A stretch of DNA of 35,634 nucleotides, taken from the NCBI GenBank assembly GCA_903839895.1, contig CAIMDW010000027.1:1-35634 (forward strand). Reading direction: 5' to 3'. Origin of the DNA: Candidatus Staskawiczbacteria bacterium. GTDB lineage: Bacteria > Patescibacteriota > Minisyncoccia > Minisyncoccales > Staskawiczbacteraceae. The position numbers and the translations under genes are program-made. Below are positions 1-7,990 of the stretch, piece after piece. The notes beneath the pieces were generated by a model. The model did no database searches. It was given only the letters and a program-made list of their open reading frames with translations, and was not told the origin of the DNA. The first letter of the stretch is position 1, and each line of letters starts with the position of its first letter.

Positions 1-58
1 TATAAGATATTAATCAGCATTAGCCCTTTTAGAATTTGAAGTAATGCGGAGGTGTGCT

Positions 59-256
59 ATGAGCAAAGCTAACGATAAAAGGTTAGATGAGCTCTTTCAT
101 CTGCGAAGCAGAAAAAAACAGTTTGAAGTTAGTATTGACAGAACATCGGATTTAGATATTCGCCATGAGCTTCAAAAACGCTTAGAAGGAGTAAATGCCC
201 GCATTGTTTGGCTTGAAGAACGCACCGAAACGTACAAAGAACCGAAAATTGCTTAA
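59..256 (+). CDS. Small orphan protein (65 aa), charged, probably helical or coiled-coil
   Basis: ORF 44..256. SD GGAGGT at 48-53 favours the ATG at 59. A hairpin plus T7 follows the stop. No recognisable family. Confidence 0.65.
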   Translation: MSKANDKRLDELFHLRSRKKQFEVSIDRTSDLDIRHELQKRLEGVNARIVWLEERTETYKEPKIA

Positions 257-257
257 T

Positions 258-289
258 ACCCAATGCAAATGCAAAGGGTCTTTTTTTGC
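258..289 (+). terminator. Intrinsic terminator with AA/AA internal loop
   Basis: ACCC-AA-TGC-aaat-GCA-AA-GGGT, then C-T7-GC, directly after the stop at 256. Confidence 0.65.
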
Positions 290-298
290 TCTAAACTA

Positions 299-327
299 TT
301 GACAAGCTATACATAATATGATATAGT
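299..327 (+). promoter_or_regulatory. Sigma70 promoter for the 402..1034 gene
   Basis: TTGACA (299-304), 17 nt, TATAGT (322-327), with extended -10 TG at 319-320. Confidence 0.8.
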
Positions 328-401
328 ATATACAGTTCTTAATACAGCTATTGGTCATATATTCATGGCCAAAGATTACCCGCAGAAGCAGGAGAAGCAC
401 C

Positions 402-1034
402 ATGTTGTGGTTCAAGAAGATGCAGAAGTATTGCTTTTTTGGCGCGATGGCAGTTGTCGCACTGGTCGCAGCATATGTGGCCGGCGTCATGACTCCGATA
501 TTCGGACCTCGCTATTATGGCGGGTTTGACTATGCCATTTTGCCGGGCGAGCTGGTCCAAGTGGTAAGAATCCAGGAGGAATTCACTAAGCCTTGGATGG
601 GCCTCACCGAAGCGAAGAGCCGTCATTGGCTCTATGTTAAAAGGCCGTATTACAAAGGGGATTTTCCCTTTATAGCCACTGACGGTGAGTTAAAGCTCAA
701 GGCTGGCGACTACGCAGTAAAAGAGGCGATAACCGGCAAGTTTTTCAAGGTTTGCTGGACCCCAAAATTCAGCTCTCAAAAAACTTCCCAAGTCGCTTCC
801 CTTAATCTGCCTATGCCTCCTCCGCCGAAGGCAACTCCTACAGATAACTTTCTTTCTCCTGAAAACAGAGAGAGAAATATCAAAGAGTTGGCTCGGACAA
901 AAACCTTTGAAGATGGGATAAAAATCATCAAATCCCACTTTCACCCGGTTCCTTATCCGGTGCCGAGCCCTACCCAAGCTCCCGAGGTTCTTTATGAAAG
1001 CACTTCGGACACGCGAGCAATTGCGAGCAAATAA
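402..1034 (+). CDS. Orphan membrane-anchored or exported protein with Pro-rich C-terminal region
   Basis: ORF 351..1034. SD AGGAGA at 390-395 favours ATG 402. Basic N-terminus then a hydrophobic helix (FFGAMAVVALVAAYVAGV). PMPPPPK and PVPYPVPSP segments. Confidence 0.75.
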   Translation: MLWFKKMQKYCFFGAMAVVALVAAYVAGVMTPIFGPRYYGGFDYAILPGELVQVVRIQEEFTKPWMGLTEAKSRHWLYVKRPYYKGDFPFIATDGELKLKAGDYAVKEAITGKFFKVCWTPKFSSQKTSQVASLNLPMPPPPKATPTDNFLSPENRERNIKELARTKTFEDGIKIIKSHFHPVPYPVPSPTQAPEVLYESTSDTRAIASK

Positions 1035-1040
1035 TTCTAG

Positions 1041-1092
1041 GTCTGCTATGCAGACAAAAATGGCCCCAAAGCTGAAAAGCAATGGGGCCTTT
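1041..1092. terminator. Two hairpins between convergent genes, probable bidirectional terminator
   Basis: GTCTGC-tat-GCAGAC (1041-1055) and GGCCCCA-AA-GCT-gaaa-AGC-AA-TGGGGCC (1062-1089), with A5 before and T3 after the second hairpin. Confidence 0.7.
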
Positions 1093-1102
1093 AAAATACT
1101 TT

Positions 1103-3001
1103 TTATTTTATATTAGAACTGAAATAATCTAAAAGATTTCCTTTTACGATTATATTTGAGGCACGCAAATTATTCAGTTGCTGGGTATAAATATTTTGGC
1201 AGGCCGAAATTGCCAGCGCTTCTCCGTTGGGTGTTGTTTTGCAAGATCCATTTATAAAAATTCCGTCTTCGCCGGCCTCATAAGTCAAATCAGGCGACAA
1301 AATTGCGTCAATTCCGCCGGAAACAATTTCAAAATGCGTTTCAATTGGCGTTTTTGTGTTTAATAAATCCTGACCAAAAATTGTTTTTGGCGGTTTTATT
1401 CCTAAAAGATTTGCGATGGTCGGATAAACGTCAAGCTGGCTTGAAGGTTCGGAATTTATTCCTTGCAAGCCTGAATTTAAAATGATAAATGGAACCTGGC
1501 TGTTTTGCAATTCTGGCAGAATATTTTCGCCAAGAGCCGAAGAAATATTGGTGAAGCTTCCGTGGTCACCCCAAATCATAATTACCGAATTATCGTACAG
1601 GCCGTCTTTCTTTAGCCCGCTGATGAACTCGCCGATTGCTTTGTCTGTGTAATGGGCGGCCTGCAAATATTCCCATTGGGTTTCGGTCAAATTAGTTTGC
1701 GCAGGAATTTCCAGAGTCTGCAGATTTTCTGGCAGAATAAACGGCGTATGCAAACTCATTGTAATGACAGTTGCCATAAACGGCTGTTTAAAACCTTCCA
1801 ACCTGGGCAACGATTGGCTGAACAAATCTTCATCCCCCAAATCCGACGGGCCTTTGCCCACCGGCGAAGTTACAGTGTAATCGGCCAAACCAAAAGCTTT
1901 CTGGTAGCCCAACTGCGGATAAATGTTCGACCGGTTCCAAAACGTAGGCACGTCGCCATGCATGGAATAGGTTTTGTAGCCGTTATTCACTAAAAGCTGA
2001 GGCAATGCGCTGTAAGTATTTTTTGCGTAATCGATAAATGCCACATCGTTTGCCAGAGGATACAAGGAATTCATAGTGGAAAATTCTGTGTCGGCTGTAT
2101 TCCCAGGGCCAATCTGCGCATAAAAATTATTAAAATATAAGCCGTCTTTTGCCAGCTGATTTAAATTTGGCGTGATTTCTTGGCCGTTTATAGTTTTATT
2201 TATTACCGTATTTTCTAAAGATTCCACCTGTATGATTATCAAATTTTTGCTTTTTGCATTTCCAAAATATTTTGGCTTGGGTGTTTCTGCGGCTTTATTT
2301 TGAGCATAATTTTTCAAAAAGGCTTTGTCTGCATCCGAAATAAGATTTCTTCTGGAAATATATTTAAATGAATCTTCCAGGAAAAAATTCATGATTCCCA
2401 TCTTGCCCACTAATGCCTTCAAATCATAAACATCCGTGTAAAGCCTGCTGGTGCTTCCCCACTCCTTTTTTTCAGTGGATAGCAAATATTGGTAGCCAAA
2501 AAATACGATTGCGACACAAGCCAAAAAAAGGATTACTTTTTCCCACACAGGCAAAGAAAAATCAGCGAATTTTCTCCGTTTTGAAATTGTGAATACAGCC
2601 AAAACCAGCAGAAATCCCGCAAAAAACAAAAATAATTCGGGAGTCAGCAGGCTTTTTGCAGTGCCCTCTACGCTGAATGCTTGGTTTATATATCTTATAG
2701 CCGAAAATTGCAGGAAACTTTGCGAATACCTGTAATAAAGAAACTGGGCGGAAAAAAGCGCAGAAACCAAGAATGAAATTATAAAAAGGTAAATGTATGA
2801 ATATTTTCTTTTGAAAAGCAAAGCCGGCCCGTAAAAAACAATTCCCAGAGCCAAGGTCACCCAGAACAGCCTAGCTGAATAGTCGCTTGAAAAAATCTTC
2901 AGCCAAATGTTGAACACGAAATTTTGCGCAACAAATAAAAAAATCAGGGTTAAGGGCAACCCTAAGGTTTTTGCGTAAAGAATTATTTTTTCTTTAGACA
3001 T
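1103..3001 (-). CDS. LTA synthase family protein (LtaS/MdoB-like phosphoglycerol transferase, sulfatase fold)
   Basis: About 5 N-terminal TM helices; NLIIIQVESLE, EITPNLN, GNTADTEF (catalytic Thr), FWNR, HTPF and WGDHG motifs. Confidence 0.88.
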   Translation of the reverse strand: MSKEKIILYAKTLGLPLTLIFLFVAQNFVFNIWLKIFSSDYSARLFWVTLALGIVFYGPALLFKRKYSYIYLFIISFLVSALFSAQFLYYRYSQSFLQFSAIRYINQAFSVEGTAKSLLTPELFLFFAGFLLVLAVFTISKRRKFADFSLPVWEKVILFLACVAIVFFGYQYLLSTEKKEWGSTSRLYTDVYDLKALVGKMGIMNFFLEDSFKYISRRNLISDADKAFLKNYAQNKAAETPKPKYFGNAKSKNLIIIQVESLENTVINKTINGQEITPNLNQLAKDGLYFNNFYAQIGPGNTADTEFSTMNSLYPLANDVAFIDYAKNTYSALPQLLVNNGYKTYSMHGDVPTFWNRSNIYPQLGYQKAFGLADYTVTSPVGKGPSDLGDEDLFSQSLPRLEGFKQPFMATVITMSLHTPFILPENLQTLEIPAQTNLTETQWEYLQAAHYTDKAIGEFISGLKKDGLYDNSVIMIWGDHGSFTNISSALGENILPELQNSQVPFIILNSGLQGINSEPSSQLDVYPTIANLLGIKPPKTIFGQDLLNTKTPIETHFEIVSGGIDAILSPDLTYEAGEDGIFINGSCKTTPNGEALAISACQNIYTQQLNNLRASNIIVKGNLLDYFSSNIK

Positions 3002-3665
3002 TTGGCGAAATTGCGCGAGTTTCGCCCGGCTTTAAAATTCCGAGCTTTATATCCCCTATACGTACGCGCTTCAATGAATTGATTGTTAAATTCATTTCAC
3101 TAAGCATAACCCTTATTTGGTGGTGCTTGCCTTCATTTAAAATTATGCGCAGCTTTTTATCGCCCGCAAGCTGAGTTTTGGCCGGCAATAATTTCCCCAG
3201 GGCTTCTGTCTCCATCCCCTGCTGAAAAATTCTGACAATGCCTTCGTGAATCGGCTCTTTTACAGTTGCTAAATATTCTTTTTCCCATTTTTTATCTGCC
3301 GACAAAACTTTTCTGGCAAACCTGCCGTCATTTGTAAGCAATAAAAGCCCTTCAGAACTTTTGTCGAGCCTTCCAATTGGATAAATTCCTTGTTTGCGCC
3401 AGTCTGTAATTACAGATCTCTGCCCCGGCAAATCTTGCGTGGGCAAATCTCTTGGCTTGTAGTAAGCCAAATATTTGTATTCTTTGGGAATTAAGCCTTT
3501 GGGTTGTCGCACAATAACTTTGTCTTTTTCAGTTACCAATAATCCGTTTTCAGCCCTTTTCCCGTTCACAAAAACCAGCCCGGCAGCCACCAGCCTGTCA
3601 GCCTCCCTGCGCGAAGCCAAATCCATATCCCGCAAATATTTGTTGATTCGTATAGGATAAATCAT
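2994..3665 (-). CDS. rRNA pseudouridine synthase, RsuA/RluB/RluF family, with S4 domain
   Basis: RINKYL..SRREAD S4 motif, catalytic GRLDKSSEGL, EGKHHQIR. Start moved to ATG 3665 because the longer ORF runs into purH and its terminator. Confidence 0.92.
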   Translation of the reverse strand: MIYPIRINKYLRDMDLASRREADRLVAAGLVFVNGKRAENGLLVTEKDKVIVRQPKGLIPKEYKYLAYYKPRDLPTQDLPGQRSVITDWRKQGIYPIGRLDKSSEGLLLLTNDGRFARKVLSADKKWEKEYLATVKEPIHEGIVRIFQQGMETEALGKLLPAKTQLAGDKKLRIILNEGKHHQIRVMLSEMNLTINSLKRVRIGDIKLGILKPGETRAISPNV

Positions 3666-3680
3666 TAAATTATAATACCA
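3666..3680 (-). promoter_or_regulatory. Extended -10 promoter, probable leaderless start
   Basis: Minus strand reads TG-g-TATTAT, 6 nt, ATG(3665). No SD. Confidence 0.55.
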
Positions 3681-3688
3681 GAAAAACC

Positions 3689-3722
3689 GCAAAAAAAGAA
3701 GGCTAGAACTAATTTCTAACCT
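3689..3722 (-). terminator. Intrinsic terminator of purH-like gene
   Basis: Minus strand AGGTTAGAA-attag-TTCTAGCCT then TC-T7-GC. Confidence 0.75.
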
Positions 3723-3727
3723 ATTTA

Positions 3728-4771
3728 TTAATGCCCGAAAAATCCTCGGGCCTTGGAATCTGGCAATTGGTAAAGCGTGACGCCCCTGTCGATGCATAAT
3801 TGCTGGACCAATCCGTCGTTGATGCTGCCCGAAGTGCTGAAAATGGCTTTGATTCCATGGCGGATAAGAACATCCACGGCATCGGTAAATGGGAAAAACG
3901 AGTCGCTGTATGCAACAGCTCCGTCAAGCTTAAGGATATGCCCGGCATCGCAGGCTCTTTTAACTGCTAGTTCAGCAGCGCCAACGCGGTCTTGCTGGCC
4001 AACTCCATTGCCAATCAGCATGCCGTCGTTGACAAGAGTAATTGTGTTGCTGTTGGATGTGCACCCAATTGCCCAAGCCAGCAATAAATCTTTTTCATCG
4101 CTTTTGCACCTTTTGCCGAAAACCTGCATTTCATGATCTTTGAAATCTAAAATGTAGGTGTAATTTGGCTGAGCTAGGAATCCTCCGCGAACATAACGGA
4201 ATCGCGAGGCATTATCCAGCACATCCGAACATGAATAAAGATTTTGATTTTCCATTAATCGGCATTTCCCTTTTGCGCGGGAAAGTATTTTGACCGATTC
4301 TTCCATAAATTTCGGGGCAATGACGCCGTCAAACATTGTTTTTCCGTTGGGCATAACGTCTGCCATAATGCCGGCGAGTGCCTCGGTCATTGGGAAGTTA
4401 ATCATAACAAGCCCGCCAAAAATCGCGCGCTTATCTCCTTGAACCATTTTTTGGGCCGTGGTGCATGGCTGGTCATAACTGACCGCCGCGCCACACGGAT
4501 TGCCATGTTTACCACCGATGGCGATGAATGGAGCTTTGCCGTAATTCAGCTTCCAGGCCGCCGATATGTGCGTCATGGTCTGCAGAAGTCGGTCCACATC
4601 GCACCAGTTGTTGTAGCTGGGCTCGGACCCTTCGATGACTTTGAATTTGTGGAGCGCCAACGGATCATCTGTGCCGCGGCCGTAGAGCGCAGCCGGGCTT
4701 TGCGGACCGTTTTCGCCCTTAAATTCGCAAGTCTTAATTCCCGCAATCTCCCTTGTTTCCAAGCTCATCAT
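3728..4771 (-). CDS. purH: AICAR transformylase domain-only PurH-like protein, lacking the N-terminal IMP cyclohydrolase domain
   Basis: GENGPQ (cf. YGENPHQ), SYNN..D, catalytic KHGNPCG, SNTI, GVGQQDR, SDSFFPF. Only 347 aa. SD AAGAGGT may favour the second ATG at 4768. Confidence 0.85.
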   Translation of the reverse strand: MMSLETREIAGIKTCEFKGENGPQSPAALYGRGTDDPLALHKFKVIEGSEPSYNNWCDVDRLLQTMTHISAAWKLNYGKAPFIAIGGKHGNPCGAAVSYDQPCTTAQKMVQGDKRAIFGGLVMINFPMTEALAGIMADVMPNGKTMFDGVIAPKFMEESVKILSRAKGKCRLMENQNLYSCSDVLDNASRFRYVRGGFLAQPNYTYILDFKDHEMQVFGKRCKSDEKDLLLAWAIGCTSNSNTITLVNDGMLIGNGVGQQDRVGAAELAVKRACDAGHILKLDGAVAYSDSFFPFTDAVDVLIRHGIKAIFSTSGSINDGLVQQLCIDRGVTLYQLPDSKARGFFGH

Positions 4772-4825
4772 TTACCTCTTTCATTATAAATTTTGCGTCT
4801 ATTTTCAACGAGCACGCGTAAACAT

Positions 4826-4853
4826 ACCTTAACAAAAATATTAATTTAGTCAA
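4826..4853 (-). promoter_or_regulatory. Sigma70-like promoter for purH-like gene
   Basis: Minus strand TTGACT, 16 nt ending TGt, TAAGGT. Confidence 0.55.
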
Positions 4854-4855
4854 AT

Positions 4856-4897
4856 AAAAACCCTCCAGAAGTCTCTCGTTTCTTCTGAAGGGTTTTT
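4856..4897 (-). terminator. Terminator hairpin after the DUF5666-like gene
   Basis: AAAAACCCT-c-CAGAAG ... CTTCTG-a-AGGGTTTTT inverted repeat. Confidence 0.75.
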
Positions 4898-4921
4898 ACC
4901 GACGTTATTTTATTTTCAAAA

Positions 4922-5677
4922 TTAGAATCCGAACAGGTGTTTGAAGAAGCTTCCAATACCATGCATCATTCCGCCGAATCCACCTTGCGGCTTTGTTTTG
5001 TTTTCTGCATTATCTCCTGTTCCGGCAGGCTTTGCTTTCTGGTCAATCACCGACGAAGCCGTTACTGCATTTCCATTTATTATTCCTTGCACAACAACGC
5101 TGTCTCCTACTGCCACATTCGAAATTGTGGGATTTACAACGCCGTTTACTGCAAATTTTGCATTTGTGGCGTCAATTGTATAAGTGACATTGCTGGCGTT
5201 GGTAATTGTAATTGAGCTTCCGCTGAGTGCAGTAACCTTTCCTGCCACAATCGGCTGGCCGTTACCCTGTATTTGCGAAAGATCTTGTTTTTCCAAACCT
5301 GGCCTGACCCCGTCCCTAATGGCTGTTGCCACAATATTTGTCCCGGTGATTGTTCCTTGGACCATTATTGTATCCCCAACCGCAATTGCTGAAATTGCTG
5401 ATGTCGCGCCATTTTTTGCCACAGTTGCTTTTGATGCGTCAACCGTATAAATTGTCGTAGTTTGCGTTCCCGCAGAGCCTTCTGACTTCATTTTATTCTT
5501 GCTTGTTACCGTAATTGTCGTTCCGCTTACTGCTGAAACCATTCCCACAATACCCGGTTTGCCCATCATCCCTCTATTAAAGCCAGAATTTCCTTGAGCA
5601 AAAATTGGAGCCGCAAATGCAAACCCTCCTACTATTACTGCCGCCATCATAAACGAAATAATTTTTTTGTTTTGCAT
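4922..5677 (-). CDS. Secreted protein with two OB-fold-like repeats (DUF5666-like)
   Basis: Signal peptide from MQNKK (ATG 5677). Two repeats of GxVxAxSGxxITxT...YTxDA...IS.xAVGDxxxVQG. Amphipathic C-terminus IGSFFKHLFGF. Confidence 0.75.
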   Translation of the reverse strand: MQNKKIISFMMAAVIVGGFAFAAPIFAQGNSGFNRGMMGKPGIVGMVSAVSGTTITVTSKNKMKSEGSAGTQTTTIYTVDASKATVAKNGATSAISAIAVGDTIMVQGTITGTNIVATAIRDGVRPGLEKQDLSQIQGNGQPIVAGKVTALSGSSITITNASNVTYTIDATNAKFAVNGVVNPTISNVAVGDSVVVQGIINGNAVTASSVIDQKAKPAGTGDNAENKTKPQGGFGGMMHGIGSFFKHLFGF

Positions 5678-5710
5678 GTATTGGTTTTTAATTTTATTTA
5701 CATTAACCAA

Positions 5711-5737
5711 TACGCGGCCATTGGCGCACTCGGTGCA
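5711..5737 (-). promoter_or_regulatory. Possible ECF-sigma promoter
   Basis: Minus strand TGCACC-17 nt-CGTA, resembling the SigW/SigM-type TGAAAC-N16/17-CGTA consensus. Confidence 0.45.
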
Positions 5738-5757
5738 TTTTAGGTCCGTTTTCACCC

Positions 5758-6339
5758 TTAAATTCCAAATTTCTTCAATTCCCAAAAACATTTTGCTGTA
5801 GCTTCTGCATCGGCTAATGCGTTGTGAGAGCCCTCGAATCCGCAGCCGAATAATTTCATATGGAGCTCTGAAAGCTTAGGCCACTTATAACCTCCGTAGC
5901 CATTAGTGGCAGGTATTGCGCAAAAATTTGTGGACATGTCTTTCGTACAAATTTTATTTTTTCTGGCTAGGCAGGTTTGGATGCCTTTTCTGATGAATTC
6001 TGCTCCGACTACCATTTCGTCAAAGCTGATATTATGGGCAACAAGAAAATCTGACTCTGCAGCAAAACTTTCAAATTTATCCAATGCTTCCTCCAACGGA
6101 ATCCCCTCTTTTTCAGCTTGCTCGGTTGTAATTCCGTGTATGTTGGAAGCCTCAATGGGTATCTTAAAATTTTCGGGCTTGATTATCATATCTGAACTGC
6201 TGATGCAGGCGCCATTTTTATAAAATACCCAGGCAATCTGGACTAATCTTGGCCAATTTTCCAAATCACTTATCGGGGCGCGCCAGTTGCGTGGCAATCC
6301 GGTGGTTTCCGTATCAAAAAATAAATATGCTTTGTCCAT
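5758..6339 (-). CDS. 3'-5' exonuclease, DEDDh / DNA polymerase III epsilon-like
   Basis: FFDTETTG (ExoI), AHNISFD (ExoII), HNALAD (ExoIII). Confidence 0.9.
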   Translation of the reverse strand: MDKAYLFFDTETTGLPRNWRAPISDLENWPRLVQIAWVFYKNGACISSSDMIIKPENFKIPIEASNIHGITTEQAEKEGIPLEEALDKFESFAAESDFLVAHNISFDEMVVGAEFIRKGIQTCLARKNKICTKDMSTNFCAIPATNGYGGYKWPKLSELHMKLFGCGFEGSHNALADAEATAKCFWELKKFGI

Positions 6340-6351
6340 ATATGTGGCGTT

Positions 6352-6927
6352 CTATAAAAAACTCGCAATTATGTTTGATAATTCATCTTTCCCTTCGTCT
6401 GTTTTTGCCGAATATTCTAAAATTTGAAGGCCCTGCGCTTCTTGGATTATTGAGGAAATTTTTTCGGCCCTTTTGGCTTTTGCCAGCTTGTCGGCTTTAT
6501 TGGCAATTATAATAATCTTATGATTATTCTTTTTGACTATTTGGAGCATTTCCCAGTCCAATTTGGTCAATCCGACATTAGCATCAATAACTAAAAAGAC
6601 CGCTTTAGGCCTTATGTTTGAGAATTCTAAATACCAGAAAATCCTTTTAACCATCCGGTTGCGGTCTGCTATGGAACGCCTGGCGTATCCGTATCCAGGA
6701 AAATCAACAAGATAAAAAGAATCATTCATCCTGAAAAAATTCGCCTCAAGCGTTTTTCCGGGAACCTTGCTGGATTTTACAAAGTTTTTTTTGCCGGTCA
6801 GAGAATTAATCACGCTGGATTTGCCAGAATTTGACCGCCCTAAAAAAGCAATCTGGGGAAAACCATCTCCCGTACTATAATCATTCCCGATAACTCCTCT
6901 GGCAAACTCTGTCTTCAATATTTTCAT
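6352..6927 (-). CDS. engB: Ribosome biogenesis GTP-binding protein EngB/YihA/YsxC
   Basis: GRSNSGKSS (G1), PGKT (G2), DFPGYG (G3), NKAD (G4), SA (G5). Confidence 0.93.
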   Translation of the reverse strand: MKILKTEFARGVIGNDYSTGDGFPQIAFLGRSNSGKSSVINSLTGKKNFVKSSKVPGKTLEANFFRMNDSFYLVDFPGYGYARRSIADRNRMVKRIFWYLEFSNIRPKAVFLVIDANVGLTKLDWEMLQIVKKNNHKIIIIANKADKLAKAKRAEKISSIIQEAQGLQILEYSAKTDEGKDELSNIIASFL

Positions 6928-6929
6928 TG

Positions 6930-7000
6930 CTGCGGGACTTGGACTCGAACCAAGATACCAGCCTTCAAAGGGCTGTGTCCTACCTTTAGACGATCCCGCA
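6930..7000 (-). tRNA. tRNA-Gln (anticodon TTG), CCA not encoded
   Basis: Cloverleaf on minus strand: TGCGGGA/TCCCGCA acceptor stem with U1-A72, anticodon arm CAGCC-CTTTGAA-GGCTG, T arm CTTGG-TTCGAGT-CCAAG, discriminator G. Confidence 0.96.
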
Positions 7001-7018
7001 AAATATTATATTATAATA

Positions 7019-7990
7019 TCATTTTTCTGAAGTTTTTTCAACCGTTTGGCCATTGGCTTCCAAATGGAAATATTTATCGGCGAATTCCATTTGCTTTGTT
7101 TTTTTGTTTATTTTTACCTCGACTCCCAATCCATTTTGCACACCTTGGTTGAAGCGCTGGTCAAAAATGAAGTTTCCCAGCGAATAATAAATTTTCTTTC
7201 CATTATATATTTCAGTCGTTTCAATTACGTGCGGATGCGAGCCGATAATCAGGTCAGAGCCCGCATCTATGAGTTCATGCGCCAAATTGCGCTGAGGATC
7301 TATTGGCTGGGTCGAAAATTCCTTTCCCCAATGGCAATAAACAACCACAATATCAGCATATTGCCGCACTTGCTTTGTTTTGGCAAGAGTTAAATTTTGC
7401 TCTATTTCATCGGCCTTGCTGTCTGCGTATTTATTATAGCTGACAAATGCAATTTTTAATCCGCCTATTTCTTTAATTATGCTCCGATTGTTTCCGCCAA
7501 AAAAATTGACTTGGGATGCAGACAAATATTTTTCAGTGGATTCTAGGCCTGCTTGCTTAAAGTTCAGGGCATGGTTATTGCCCAAATCAACCAGCCTTAT
7601 ATTTTGTTTGTAAAGAGTGCCCGCGAGGCTGGGATCAAATGTAAAAGTTATGTATTTGGGATCAGATTCGGCAGCTCCCACGCTGACCGACGGATTGTCA
7701 GTAAGCGGACCCTCCAAATTTGCCACTGCCAAATCTTCTTGAGCAAGCAGCGGAGAAATTTTTTCAAAGATAAAATCATTTCCATTTGCTTTGGCCGCTT
7801 GCCTTATGGTCCGGTCAAACATCATATCTCCCGCAAAAAGTATTTTTACGTATGAATTTTCAGCAGGAATTTGCAATATTAGCGGAAGCTTTTTTGGAAA
7901 AAACAAAAAACAAACAGCTGCTGCAAGCGCAACAGCTGTTAAAATTGCAAAATAAATCTTTATTTGCAGGCGGTTTTGTATGTAAGGCAT
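7019..7990 (-). CDS. CapA family (PGA_cap) metallophosphatase-fold membrane-anchored protein
   Basis: N-terminal TM; GDMM, NLEGP, GNNHALN, HWG, GSHPHV, YSLGNFIFD motifs. Confidence 0.9.
   Translation of the reverse strand: MPYIQNRLQIKIYFAILTAVALAAAVCFLFFPKKLPLILQIPAENSYVKILFAGDMMFDRTIRQAAKANGNDFIFEKISPLLAQEDLAVANLEGPLTDNPSVSVGAAESDPKYITFTFDPSLAGTLYKQNIRLVDLGNNHALNFKQAGLESTEKYLSASQVNFFGGNNRSIIKEIGGLKIAFVSYNKYADSKADEIEQNLTLAKTKQVRQYADIVVVYCHWGKEFSTQPIDPQRNLAHELIDAGSDLIIGSHPHVIETTEIYNGKKIYYSLGNFIFDQRFNQGVQNGLGVEVKINKKTKQMEFADKYFHLEANGQTVEKTSEK

Noticed and set aside
363..1082. Minus-strand ORFs 363..626 and 690..1082
   Set aside because: Antisense shadows of the plus-strand gene, which has its own promoter, SD and terminator.
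3666..3797. N-terminal extension of the pseudouridine synthase ORF
   Set aside because: Runs through the purH stop, a terminator and a -10 box. The S4 motif begins just after ATG 3665.
4772..4825. ZMP/ZTP or purine riboswitch upstream of purH, also checked at 30464-30507
   Set aside because: Leaders are only about 45-50 nt and show none of the conserved aptamer blocks. An Infernal search would confirm.
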